A stretch of DNA of 64,000 nt from Raillietiella orientalis (Eukaryota), in assembly GCA_036172245.1 (NCBI GenBank), contig JAYWIR010000014.1, positions 1,426,001 to 1,490,000 on the forward strand, written 5' to 3'. The translations under genes and the position numbers were made by a program. Under the pieces are notes generated by a model. The model had not been told where the DNA came from. It saw only the letters and a program-made list of their open reading frames with translations, and searched no databases. Numbering within the stretch: position 1 is the stretch's first letter; every line of letters starts with the position of its first letter. Below are positions 12,324 to 25,398 of the stretch, one piece after another.

Positions 12324-15300
12324 GAGACCCTTTATTCACCTTGAAGATCGCTATTTTTTCCTCCTCCTTCGTCTTGCAGTTGGCTCGACTCAGTTGGGGG
12401 AGAGTTTTCTTGCCTCATCCTTACACCCCCATCCCAACCCCAGCAGTCTGTGCTCGTCCCTTGCTTTCTCGAGGCGAGAAAAATTCAACTGGAAGCGGAA
12501 GACTTCGAGCTCCTGACGCGAAACCCAATATCCCCTGCTTTGTGGTACACTGAGCGCCCGATGTCTCACCATCTTCTGCCAAGGAGCTTTTCAGCACGAA
12601 GACGTCTGACAAACCCAACAGTTCGTTCGGGATTTTCGCGGACTTCGTGGAGTTGATCTTTCATAGGGAAGAGTAGAGTCTCGAATCTGCAAGGGGCTGC
12701 TCCACGTGACAGCCTCGAGAGAGCCCTGCCGCTGTCCCTTAACTGTACTTTCGTGTGGCTCCACCGGAGTGCCACCATGTGGCAGTTGGCAGTTGTAATC
12801 GTTTACAGTACCTCCACCTTGTGATACATCTTTTGCTTTTTCCCTACAAATCAGCTTCTCCAATCATTACAATTATTGTTGGTCTTTCCTTTGTTGTGGC
12901 TCAACTCTTTCCTCGGACTCCATCTTCAGTTCCCCATTTTTTTATTTTATTTTATATTTTTATTTTTTTGTAATGTCTTGCACTGACGAGGCTCGATCGC
13001 AGACTCCGCGCGCGCGGCTAGGCGGCCACCACTAAAGAGGCTCTCCGCGCTTCTTCTTACCCAGTCAGGTAGGTTCTGGGAGTTGTCAGCTGTCCATAAT
13101 AACTCCCAGAGCCTACCTGACTGGGCCAGAAGGAGCATCATAACTTCGTCGTCGTTGGCGCCACCGTCTCACCTCATTCTCCTCTTCCTTGACCACCGCT
13201 TGTGCACGCTGCCGTAGCCGTTCTGCTGATCGGGAGCAGCAATGAGACCCCTGTCTTGTTTCCCTTTCTTCTTGAAGAGATATAAACGCCTGGTCGCTTC
13301 TTCAGCTCTTCTGGATGAGTTCTCCCTTCTGCCTTCAGAAAAAAGCTTGAGAGTCTTCCGTCAGACAGAGGCGCTCTCCCCTTGAGCAGGGACATGTGGA
13401 TGCGACTCGAAGAGGTGGGTTGGGCGCGTCTCCTCGTAAATGAGAAGTTACGAGCCACAGGACGCCCATCTTGGGCTGAATCAGCTTGGACATCCTCCTG
13501 GCACGTCTAGACCACACCTGAAATACAGGGAACGCACAGCTCGGCTTCTGTGACCAAGGAAGGGTGAGATTGCCGCTTCGACACGATCATGGTATCCCAA
13601 TGGAACACCATCCGCTTATCGTGGTCTCTCTATGGGAAAATGCCTTTACCAAACTGTGGACAGATGCCTCCCCGACCTTCCAGGGGATGATGAGTGACTC
13701 TAACCAGACGAAACGTTCTGATTCGAGCCACGAGCAAATGCTGGAACTTGACAATGAAAGGATGTTGCAGACCGGATGAAAACCAAAGTTGCTGTGGGTA
13801 AACGCCATGGATGAACTTCACAGATGGACGCTATCCATGGCGTCCAATGCTAAGAAGGTTGAAATGCAGGCCGATTCTATCCGTGGACAAGTTCTGTGGC
13901 AGAGAGCCACCGTTCCAATCTTTTCAGGAGGCCATTGCCTCTTCCTGGCGCACTATGCACCCCTCCCGAGAGAGTGGGCTTTTTAGAGATCGCATGACAT
14001 TAATCATTACAGAAGTATCGAACGCTGAAGATGCTGTGGAATCCAGACCGACCATTGGCATAGGAGGAATGCTCAGCGTCCGCTTCCTAAGTTTCTACTA
14101 GTCCATTCTCGGATTCCCCGCGCGTCTTCCCCGCACGTGCGAGAGCATTTCGTCACCCGCAATCCCCATACAGCTTCCGCAGTCCATGTAGCTTCCCGGA
14201 AGCTGGGGCAGCGGAGGGAGCTAATCTTCCTCTTGAGGACTCGAACGGAAGAGCCCTATCGTCCAATGGCCCCACTTTCGAGGTTCGGCTTCCACTTGGT
14301 CCAGTCTGGATCTCGAAGCATCGCCTCCTCTTCGCTCTCTGGCATCCCTCTGCCTACTTGGCAACAGTTTTGTAGAGCCAAACAAAATGACATGAGGATG
14401 AGGGTGCGCTGCAGGGATTTTTGAGGATGCCCCCGGAGATGGGAGGAAATCGTCAAAGGTGCATGGGGCGGGTAGGCACGTGCCCGCTGAGTAGCCGCAC
14501 CTGGGAGGAATCGCATGGGAAGTGCTGGCGAAGTCCGTTGGAGGGGGAACGGCGCTGGAGCGCCTGCACTTTTCGCACCCTTCCCACCGGCGGAAGGAAC
14601 TTGTTGGAACTACCCCAAGCCATCCGTGAGTAAGCAGCTCAGGGCTCAAGAGGACGGACGTTCTGCCGTTTAAAGTAGTGGTAGGATTGCGGCTCCCTTT
14701 TCCACGTCAGAGTGTCCCAGCCGAGGGCAGTGAGCTTCCTACGGGCTTGGGAGTGAAGCGGCTCTCAGTAACAGGAACACACCAGCCCGGGAACGGGAAA
14801 CGGTGGAGGGTTCTTCGGCGGGAGGGATGATGGCACGACGCTGTCGTCTTCTTGATTATGAATCCCAGCCTCAGATCCCAGGAACGTGCAGGTCAGAATG
14901 AGAGATCTCTCCTCTCTCATCTTGTTTTCAGAGGAGTGAGAAGGGCTCCTCCCGTCCCACTGGAGTCCAACACTGCAGTCCTTTTCTCTACAGCATGTAC
15001 CAATCGACAGAGACTCTTTACAATAATCCTCCTCTCCTATCTTGTTTTCAGAGTCTTCAGTAAGAAGAGTGAGTTCCCGATGTCTCAGGCGAAGGAGAAT
15101 AAAGAGCAGAGTCGCTTCGGGACATTGAGGGTGATCGAAGCTCGAAGATGGGCACGGCTCGTGGGACCGTGAACTCCGCAGAGTTGGAGGAAAGAACTGA
15201 CGCCGAGCGAGCTTGCTGACAGTCAGTGACTCCCTCTTCCCTGAGGATGCAAAGGCAAAAAAATCCGCGCTCGTGGTTTTCACCTACGTCTTCCCGGTAA

Positions 15301-15565
15301 CTGGATGTCTTCGCGTCCTCCTAGGATCCATGACGCCAAGCCCGTTGGTTGGGCTTGGCGTCCAGACAATGGGAACTCGAAAATTCAGCAAAAAGTTTAC
15401 TCGTGCGCTTACAGGGAAGAACGATTTCCGGTGGAATCACTAGATCCCTACAGAAGAGACTCTTCGCCACCCTAGCTGGCTCCGAAGCCCAGGCACTCGC
15501 AGGGTTGGGCCAGCATTGGTCTTGCATTTGAGCTCGGTACAGGAGCTTTTGAGCAACGGCTACAG

Positions 15566-17293
15566 CAGCGTTTCTCAAACTTTTCCTGTGACGGAACACT
15601 TCAAAAAATCATGAAATTTTAACAGAACACCTTGGTTATTTTATAGGGTAGGTAGATATTAATAATGAAGAAATTAAGCAAATAAATATGACAAGTTAAT
15701 TTCATTGCACTTTGGAGAAAATATCTGCCAAATGCGCAAGACTCGTGAAGGATTTCTTAAAAATTCAATGAATTTCTGTCCTGAATTATTTGACGTGAAA
15801 AAAAAAAACAACTCACTACGAGGTTCAAAAAGTCTCAATAGTGCTTTTTCCCTGGATATCCATCTCTCTTCAGTATGTAATAAAAGTCCATCATGTTCAC
15901 TACCCATTCCATCGCACAAAATTTCAAATAATCTGGATTGAATCGGTCGAGATTTTACATAGTTAATGATTTTTATGGCTCCATCCAAAATCGCCTTAAA
16001 ATATGCCCAAATTTTTTTTGTTGCAAACATTGCCTATGCAAAACATTTTTGTGACTTTTGCAGCTACTTGCAGAATACGTGTTGCAACTCCCATAATCTC
16101 TTCCACCATTGCTTGAGCACCATCTGTACACACATCAATACACTTCTCCCAACCGATTTCCTGTTTTGTAGTGTCATTATTAATACAGTTAATTATATCA
16201 TCTCCGGTAGCTCTTTCTTGTAGATATTCGCACATGAGTAAATCTTCTCGAATACCATTACCAAACACATAACGAACAAACACCAGTAACACAGTGAGCC
16301 CTGCGATATCTGTGGACTCATCCATTTGCAATCAGAATCACTGCAAAGTCCAAGTCGATGATGTCCAAGTCCTCTATGTCGGCAGAAAGATCTTTGATGA
16401 GGCGTGAAACAGTATTATTTGATTATTCTAATGTTTTTATAGTGGACTCTTCGTTTAAAATGCATGATACAATGTCTTTCTTCACACAAGGCTTAATGAG
16501 CGTCTCCCCAATGGCAAGAGTTCCACCATGAAGTGCAATGCGGTAACTCACGCAAAAAGATGCCTCTGCTGCATTTCCAGTTTCAGCAATTGCAATCATT
16601 TGAAGTTCAGACGTTTCTAGTGAATCACGTAGTCTCTCGAAAAAAAATGTGTCTTTTTCTTTGTAACCAGCGCGTGTTTCGTTTCCACATGCCTACGAGG
16701 TTTAGCTGGAACCAATGAGCTGCGTGCCAGTGTTTTATCAAAGAACACAATGCATCAGCAGCATCTATATTGCCAATACAATCCAAATCGCCGATACAAA
16801 TAAATCCCCAATTCAAATAACTTTCATCATATTTCCTTTCTGGTATGCTCTCAGATGACTCTTGCTTTTTAACTTTCAATTTCGAAGAAACGACAAGTTT
16901 CTTCTCCAATCATAGACGTGCCAGAAGAAGTGCTTGCTCTTCCTTGTTTTAAAAATCCTGTCTTTAACCAGCAATCCATGGGTGATTCTAATAGTAGTCA
17001 GAACTGCAACAAAAAAATTGTCTTATAAAAAACACACACAAAAGTAAATGTGAAATCAATCTCGTTACAATTGCTTTTGCATCATCGACACGTTTTTTCT
17101 AAAAACAATAATGATTTGATAAAATGTTTAGAAACAAAAATTTTAGTAGAAAAGTGAGAAGCGCATGAGTTTCAAACATGTTTCAACTTGGCACAGCATT
17201 CAAAATATATTCATTTGCATAATCTTCTACGGAACACTTATTGTCTTTCCGCGGGACACTGGTGTTCCGCGGAGTGTGGTTTGGTAAACACTG
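15566..17293 (-). mobile_element. hAT-superfamily DNA transposon (Buster/Charlie type), internally deleted, non-autonomous
   Basis: Left TIR CAGCGTTTCTCAAAC (15566-15580) and right TIR, reverse-complemented, CAGTGTTTACCAAAC (17279-17293) match at 12/15. The flanking 8-mers GGCTACAG (15558-15565) and GGCTAGAG (17294-17301) match at 7/8 and have the central TA typical of Buster-type TSDs. Subterminal ACGGAACAC motifs lie at both ends. The interior is AT-rich and carries transposase remnants. Confidence 0.93.
15674..16979 (-). pseudogene. Fragmented hAT transposase (ZBED5/Buster-like)
   Basis: Motifs occur in order across frameshifts: MDCWLKTG (ATG at 16979), RKYDESYLNWGF, IGETLIKPC...SNNTVSR, QMDESTDIAGLTVLLVFVRY (first catalytic D), VCTDGA (second D), and IINYVKSRP..SRLF..LC..MGSEH..LLLHTEERWISREKAL. 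The C-terminal catalytic E and dimerisation region is missing. A splice acceptor (TTTTTTTGTTGCAG) lies just upstream of the ATG. Confidence 0.9.
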
Positions 17294-20200
17294 GGCTAGA
17301 GGATGCTGAAACTACCTCTTGCATTCCCATTCCGTCCTCCTCGCAAGATGGGGGCAGCTTTTTGAATATTTAAGGATGCCCTCACGGAGACCGGAAAGGC
17401 AAGTGGAAGGATGCACGGTATTCACCCTCTACCAGAGGAAAAAATCCAGCTTTCTCCCTTCCTCTGAAGAGCTCGAAAAACGATCGTCGCATATCTTGCA
17501 AAATCTCTAGCGGCACCAACCGACACTTTGACTCTTTGAGCCTCCAGACATCTGTCTTGCTCGTTAGGGAGATTATTCTATCTCTCAGCTCCTTGTAGCT
17601 TTTCTCAGCCTCTTCCCTTTCCTTTCTGCTTCCCCTCGGAGACCTCCAAAAGAAATTCCAGATTCTTCACGACGGTGTTTACTGCTTCTAGTGATGCAGT
17701 GTGACCTGGATGGCTTCTGAATCAGTCCCTCAAGTGAACTCATGCACAGTGTTTTCCTTGTCTTTTCCTACTCGTATCTACTGCAGCCGTAATTCTTCAG
17801 AGTAGATGTTGGTTTAGCGTCGAGAATCTCTTTGAGGAAGCAGATGGTCTTAGGGCCTTTTCAAAAAAAAATACGAGCCATAAGGATCCCAACGACTACC
17901 TGATAAGAACCGACAGTTCTCCTTCCCCATCTTTGGAAGACCTTTCAACATTCGCAATCTTGAGCCATCACTTCTTGGCACCTTGGAACCTCTTCTTTCG
18001 GGATATCCTTGTCCTCAGCATTTTGGGACGTGGGAGCTTAATAATGCTACACACTCACGCAAGCATCCAAGGCATTGAGAGTGTCATCCAGAAATCGCTC
18101 CAGCCTCTGTTCCGAATGCCATGAGCGTTGGCAGTGCCTTCTTTTTGGCTCACTCCCAAGACTCTCTGCAGCCTGCAGTTCTTCAATTTGTTTACGAGAT
18201 GATTGTTGCTGCTGACTGACTTTCCTGCACATCCGTGATAGAGCAGGACTTCTAAAAAGGCTTCCAGCTTAGATGTTGCACGTTCTCTTCTTACAGCAGT
18301 GATAAAAAGAACTTTTTTAGATTCCTTTTTCTCCTTTTTACGTTCCTCCTCGGTATAACTACAGGCTTCTCTGCCAAAGTGAAATCAAGAAAGGCGGCAA
18401 GAAAAGCAGACAGTAAGAAAGATTTTAATGGCCACTCCTGGTTTGAGTCCCTGACTGACCTATTTACCTACACGATTTCCTGGTGGAAACCAAATAGGAT
18501 GGTTCATCAAAAGGTAGACGAGTGTCATTAATGAGTTTATTTTACTAGACAAAACTTTCAATAGAAGACAAGAACTATATTACGTTGTTAAACTATACTC
18601 TCATAAGTAATTATAATTACTGTTATCATAGCTCCACCACTTTCTCATAATTATCACTGTTACAACACGCCAAAGATGATCCTTATCACGTTGTTGCAAT
18701 CACATGATGGGTAAGGTCGTTGTCTTGACGACACAGGAAGCAACAAACCACATTAGGCAGTGCTTACAGTTCTCATCGATCATTGAGAATGTTCCTCAGA
18801 CCAGAAAACTTTAGAGCTTCCGAAGAACAACCAGTGAGCTTATGGATTGGATGGTTTTTAAATGTAGAACTATGTATTTGTTATCTAATTCAGCTACGAA
18901 ACGACTGAGCAGCTTTGTATATTTATTGTAAATATTCATGCGTAATTTATTCCACAAGAAATGTACTGAAATGATAAGCGAAATAATGGTCATCATTTGT
19001 TTTCAATGGGTGTTTTTTTCTCTTTTTCTTTTTTTGAAGACTGTAGAAAAAAAATACCATGCAAGAAAGCACTTTAGAAAAATATTGTGAAATCTGCAAC
19101 GTTTTGAAGGCAGGTTCCAATTCATGAGGTGCTAAAGAAACAATCTTTGAGGAGCAGAGCATAATGAGCATTGATGTGAATCACTTACAGTCGTGATTCG
19201 GCTAAAATGGAGACTGTGAGAATTCTCCTTCAGACATATTAAACGTAAGTTTCATTTTAATTGCAACTGCACTGAGGAAGAATCGTCAGAGTCTAGCAGA
19301 TGATTAGGACCTCAGCTGGGTATCAAAGAATCTCCTCGTCGATTTTCTTTTTTTCCTTGTGCAAAAAATTATTCAAAGAGGGCTTAAATGTTTTGCCCTT
19401 CCGAGCGCCCAGTAGGATTTAATTATTCTGGACGCATAACATGGAACACTGCTCTTCAAAATAGCTGCTTCAACTTTTTTCTCAAAGAAAAAGTACCTAG
19501 CCCAAAATCATTGTGCTTGTTGCGGAGTCCGGCCACAAAACGCTTATATGAGAGGAAGGTCGGGTTGAGCCTGAAAATGAAATCTCATGAGGGTGCATAC
19601 TTGATCAATAGCTCCAGATCAGAATTGCTGAACATAAGTACACTAGAAGCAAGTGTACGAAGTGAGAGGAAGAAACGGATAGAAAGCAGCTAAATTTGGA
19701 AAACAAATGAGAGTCGCACCGAAAGCAAGTTATGAAAAAGCAGAGTACATTGCATATAGAAGCAGAAACTATCATCCATCTTACAGTCAGATGCGAAGGC
19801 ACCACTGGTATCAAGGTAACCAGTTCATGCTAGCATACCCTCGTAGGGTCCTCTATATGCGAAACACCGAACACTCCACTGGATTATCGAAGCATCGCTA
19901 GATGGCAGCGGCACATCAAGATGTGTGATGGTTCACAATTCGAGCAGATGCAATCGCATGTGCAATCTTGAACGTGACGTCAGGAGCTTGAGAGATTCCG
20001 AGTCAGCCTGGTTAACTTATTAGATTGGCATTTGATGGAAGGAGAGTCCTCTTGCGGTAATTAATTCAAAACCGATCTTCTGGGAAGGTGCGTGTCTTTC
20101 AGCAAACGTAGTTTCTTCAGTTGCTGCTTTGCTTCGCACTTGTCCCTAACTAAAACTTTTTTTATAAAACTTCGTTCTGTGAAAAAGTAACAATACGAGT

Positions 20201-23200
20201 ATGCGCAGCCACTGTACCACTTCAGGAGTTTAGCCGCAGCGGGCTCGCAGAAAGACTCCTGATCAACGAATTCATGCCATCATCCTTAGTATTGTACTGT
20301 GCTGAAACAAGGAAAGGAATTGTGATCTGCACAGCATTTCCTTCGCTGTGTAAAGCAGAGAGGAATTTGCATATTTTTTTTAAGCGAAAACCTCGCTGTG
20401 GTGATACCTTGTAAAGGGGATTGACAGCCACGAAATGACAATCAAACAAGGGATGCTCCTTCCTGGAAGAAAGTTTTCCAAAAATATTCTATGATCCTTT
20501 AGATTTTATCTCGGGAACCGTAGAGGTCGCCCTACTCTATACTCTTCCCCAAAAGAAATTTGTTTAAAGAGCTCGTGCATAGATGGCAGTTACCTCATGG
20601 AGGGAGCGCGACTCTGCATTCAGGGATGTTCGTTTTCTCAGTGGGAAAAAAGATATGCAGATATTTTTTCCTGGTCCGCTTGTTTTTTTTTTCTCTTTTT
20701 GTTTCGTCACTATGCGCGCACAGCGACGCCAGTACTGCAGTTGAGACTCCACAGCACGATCCTCTGCATCTCCTCATTTTCGAGATGCCCTACTCCATCG
20801 TCACTCGCGCGAGTTTTCCAGGAAAGGAAAAAAAGTGATTCCCGTCTGGGAACCTCCCGTCAATGCGCAGCTGCCATACGTCCCAGCATCTTCTGAAAGG
20901 AAGACATGAGAATTGCTTTCCGGAGGAAGCGGAAATGATAACCATGAACCTCCGGATAAGGGAAGCAGGAAAATAGAGCTTTTCCTGCAGCTTCATCTCC
21001 ACCCCTTTTCACCCTTGTCTTCTCATCCTCATCTCCGTCCCCTCAGTTCGTCCCCGCCTCTTCATTCCCACCCTGATCACCTCAACTTCCTTTCATTTTC
21101 ACGGTGATGCTGTTTACTCGTCTTCACATCCCCAGAGCGAAGTTAGTGGCTTCGCAACTCCAGTAAGTTTTGATTCAGGCTTCTGACAACGCATCTGTTT
21201 GCCCGTTGTCAAGGAGCGGCCTCTCGTAGGGTCCAGGCTTCCTTGCAGAAGAAGTACCGCAGGGAGAGGTTTCCAAAATACCAACAAGAGTGATCTTCAG
21301 CCAACCTCCCACATGAACACTCCCTTCTCGGGTGCAGATTGGAAACAAAGCAAACATGCTTGGAAGAAGGGCCGAGGAGGAATATAGGACGTTATTCCCC
21401 ATTCCTGTGCATTGGGAAGCAGCGACCAATCAGAAGCTCCTGTGAAGAGCGTATGACAAGATCTTCTTTTCCAGAGGAAACTGAATCTCTCGAGGAGGGA
21501 CTGGATTCAGTTAGGAAGACCGGGGGGGGACGAGAGTGAAGATGGTTGCCGAGAAATAGGCAAACATTGCGGAGGGAAAGGGAACTCTGAGAAGACTCGA
21601 TGGACAGCTTGGCTGACGTTTTCCACCCGTCAGAAGTCCCGAAGCCACAGCTGAACGTTCCCCGGAAAGTGGATGCCCATCTCATCCTTTTACCAGCTCC
21701 GAATCTTCCCTGGGTACCGAACACTGCTCCCTTCCTCCTTTGTCAACCCAAACGGTCAGCAGCCGGCGCGAGCTCAGCCGAGAAGCCATGGCGTCAGGGA
21801 GGAACCGCCGGGCTACAGGAGAGCGGAGGGCGCGACCTCGTTTCGTTGCGAGGGGGAAGGCAAGCGTCGTCAGGGAGCCGTGGAGGAAATCTGCGGACCG
21901 ATTATCTCTAGCAATCAAGGCAAATTGCTGGTCCTGCAGTCTCGAGCGCTCGCGGGAGACGCATGACAGTTGCTAAGCGACGGGAAAGCGCGGCAGACAT
22001 GAAGGGGAGGGAACGAGAGGGGAATACTTCGGAGGCGTTGGACCGATGCCATGTCGCGAGGATGCTGTCGAGCGCGCAGAGAAGCTTCGTCAGGGGAGAA
22101 CAGGGAGAAGAGGAAGGGGAGAGAGGAACGAGCGAGACTCGAGTTCGCAAACGGCTGCGAGGACCGCAGGAGAGGAAGTAGGCCGCGGAGAAACCTCGAG
22201 ATCACGCAGTCCCGGTGCAAAAGTAGCAGCAAGGGAATCGGCCGTGCCTCGAGGGGCGCTGACCGGAGTCCGCAGCTGCGTGCTACGGGAGCGTCTCTTG
22301 CGCTTGGCGGGGAAAAATTAGGGGCTCTCGGAGGGGATTCGCACCGCTTGGTCTCCGGAGAAAAAAACTTCAACTGGGGAGGAAAGGAAGATGGCGGATT
22401 CGCAAGGGACGATCATTCCAGGGAAGGAGGAGAAGAGGGAGAGAGGGAAAAAGGGAGGAGGGTTTGCCTCTTCTAGCAGAGATCTCCGTGGGGCTCCGCG
22501 GAGGCAGTTCGTCCTGAGACTGACTGGCTGCCACTGCATGCCAAAGCTGGGAAAGGAGATTCCCCATGGGATGCGAGGATCACGTGAGAGCCTTCTGGCA
22601 TCCGCATTCGTCTTGATCTGTCACTGGTCTTTTGGATTCGATGCAGCAGCCTCCTTCTCGGTTTGTGGTGTTTTTTTTTTTTTTTTTCAATCTTTTCTTC
22701 AATACGTGTAGCCCCCGGATCCATCTCTCGGTTCTCCGGGAAGCCCTTCTGCAGACCAGGAGAGAACGAGCAGCCCCGGTGTCCTCCATACGAAAGACCG
22801 GAAAGACTCTGAAACTTCCCTTCATCTCCCGATGTCAGAAGACGAATGAAGATCATCCTTGCTCCCTCCTCCCTTGGGACGCAGGAACTAAGGACACCCG
22901 CGGATCTTGGAGACTCCTTCGTCACTCGTCCCCAAGCATGCCTCCTGCCGGCTGCTCGAGTACAAAGCACCCCTGAGGTGGAAATGTGGAGCTCCCAAGA
23001 ATCCCAGACAGGGAGACCGGGACCCCCGCGGCAAGTGGCGCGTCCCCTACCCATGATGGGCAGCCACGGACAACGACGCCGGAGAAGGAGTGCGATCCAG
23101 GACAATTGGCTTTCCCTGCTTTCAAAATGACTCGGAAGGGAGGAGAAAGGGGTGCGGACGAAAAACAGGAGGAACGACCGAGACGCGGTGAGAAGGTTCG

Positions 23201-24469
23201 CGATTTGCCCATAGGCATTCCTTCGCGTCCAAGGCCCGTGAACTTTCTGAGCCTCCTCCGTGAACAAACGAGTGTTTGCCTCCTGCTCCGGCAAAGCAAA
23301 TGATGTTGCTAACCAGAAACGGAGGGAGGGAGTTACGTGAGGATCCACTACGCGCGATGGGAATAGGAAGAGGAAAGCTGAGGGAATGGCGGCCCATTTC
23401 CTTCCATATTCTAGCCTCAAGGAGAACACTTCCAGAAGTTTCGATCATCTTTCGCAAAGCTCATATGAGGCAGGAAAGGGGGGGGGAACTCTGCTTCCCA
23501 GTTTCCATTGGCAATCCAGGCTGTGATTCACGTGAAAAATGTTGGAGGAGGAGGGAGGCAGCCCGGCGAATGAAGGAAACGCCCCTTGCTCGTGGTCGTT
23601 CATATCCCCACTCGCGGGAAAACGGGATGTTTGTTTTCCGAACATGGCGGCAGGGTTGGGCGACGACCGGAGAAGGGAACGATCGAGGAAGCAGCCGCAG
23701 CCGCGAAGTGCACCGCTCGCAGGAATGGGAATGTCGCTTCCCCGAGCGCCTCGCGGGGCGAGAGCCTCGGCAACTCGGGAGCGGCAGCGTGACTCGCGGC
23801 TGCGCTGGGAAAACCGAAGGTGGAATCATTCCAGTTCATCCGAAGTCGAGGCTCGGCATCAAGGGGGAAGGCACTCCCTGAGAGAGTCATGCGCAGGCAG
23901 CAAGCACGCGTTGCGCCAGATTCACCTGTAGCCGTGGGTGTCTTTCCGCCGATGCTTCCGGCGAGCAAAGGAGCACCGGTTGGACGGCAAGCTCTTCACC
24001 CTCTCCTCACTTGAAAACGAGACAGAACTATCCTTCGAAGAGCGGAACTCTGAAATCACAGCTCACCGCAGTTGTTTTTGACATGTTGAACGCGGTCTAT
24101 GGCACGTCGGATAGGCAGCACAGTTCGGCAACGCGTTGAACAAGTCCATTCCCCTTCCTTCCTCGGAGAAATGGTTTGATTCTCACCCGGGTGCGGCGAA
24201 GCGTTCGTTTCGAAATTGAACATGTAACACATAAGAAAAGGTTCGAAGGAACGCCGGAGTCGCCCATGGTAACCGGAAAAAAACATTTCCGATTTTCCCC
24301 AATCCCAAAAGGGGTGGGGTAAATTTATTTTCTTGGCATTGACACTACGTTTCCATTCACTCTATTATCTCAATCACACCACTAAAATCGCTTTGAAGTC
24401 ACCTCCTTGGGGTTTTCACTAAGGTTCTGCACTTGTGGGGTATTGGGTGTAAAAAACATTAAACATTTC

Positions 24470-25398
24470 CGTTGGGACAAAGCGCTTTTTATTTACAGAT
24501 GACTAGGCTTGCAGGCTATTTATAAATGTCTGCCAACAATGGCGCGCGCACGGTTTCTCGGATCCTTAAACATGGCGCGAATTAACCCAAATTGCAATTT
24601 GCTCTGAAAATCGGGAAAAAATGCGTGATTTCGTGCCAATTTCGTTTTTTTTCGCTGTCTCAGGATCCAAGGTGGCAGAAAAACGGAACTGGCGATGGTG
24701 ATCGGTTTCTACCGGAGATATATGCAACTTTTGGAACATACAGCCATCTATCAAAGTGATGGCTTTCCACCTGCAAACTCAAAAAAAAAAAAACACACAG
24801 CAACTTAGTCTGAAACAGTTGACCTTTGTAAAACTCCTTGCTGGCGAAGGTAGCAGCTACAAAAATTAAAAAAAAAACACACACACATTCTGGCTGCATT
24901 AAACGGCAGCTAGGATTTTAACTAAAAAATGTTTTTCAGTTTTTGTTGAAAAGAATTCTCTCTCGGGTTTCTCTTCTTATAAAATTTTCCTTCCGTGGGT
25001 GCCCAAGCACTCGATGTGAAAGCAAGTAGACTTTAGAGGCCTCAGATTCCGTACAGTAAGAAGATGCTGAACATGCACGTATTCAAAACATCTGGAAAAA
25101 TAAATCCAGAAGTGGCCGTAGAACTCGTACAATACGATCCAGGATCCTGTTTCTTCTCCTTAAGGCTGTGTATTCTGCAGGACATTTCATGCAGAGGACT
25201 TATGAGGAGGGAAGACTCCCACGAAGAATGTGAGAGAACGCTCTGGTTCTGGATCTCAGGTCTTGCAAGCCATGACAACCGATAACTTGGCTTTTCTTCG
25301 TTACCTGGGTTTCGGAATCCCCCTCCTTCGGCGCAAAAAGCGCGATGCTCCAATTTCATCTTGATTGTTTTCTTTCTTCCCTATGGTTTTCGTTCTCT
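24470..25398 (-). other. Candidate spliced transcript with micro-exons (25305-25398, 24824-24856, 24742-24770, terminal exon from 24603), product unknown
   Basis: Four minus-strand polypyrimidine+AG acceptors, paired with donors GTAACG, GTCAAC (weak) and GTATGT. The introns include a 53-bp one with a CTAAG branch-like motif, and AATAAA lies at 24488-24493. No homology recognised. Confidence 0.3.

Noticed and set aside
13564..13986. Two in-frame ORFs separated by a single TGA (readthrough or selenocysteine?)
   Set aside because: The joined translation resembles nothing I recognise and I see no SECIS-like hairpin. Such in-frame neighbours arise by chance.
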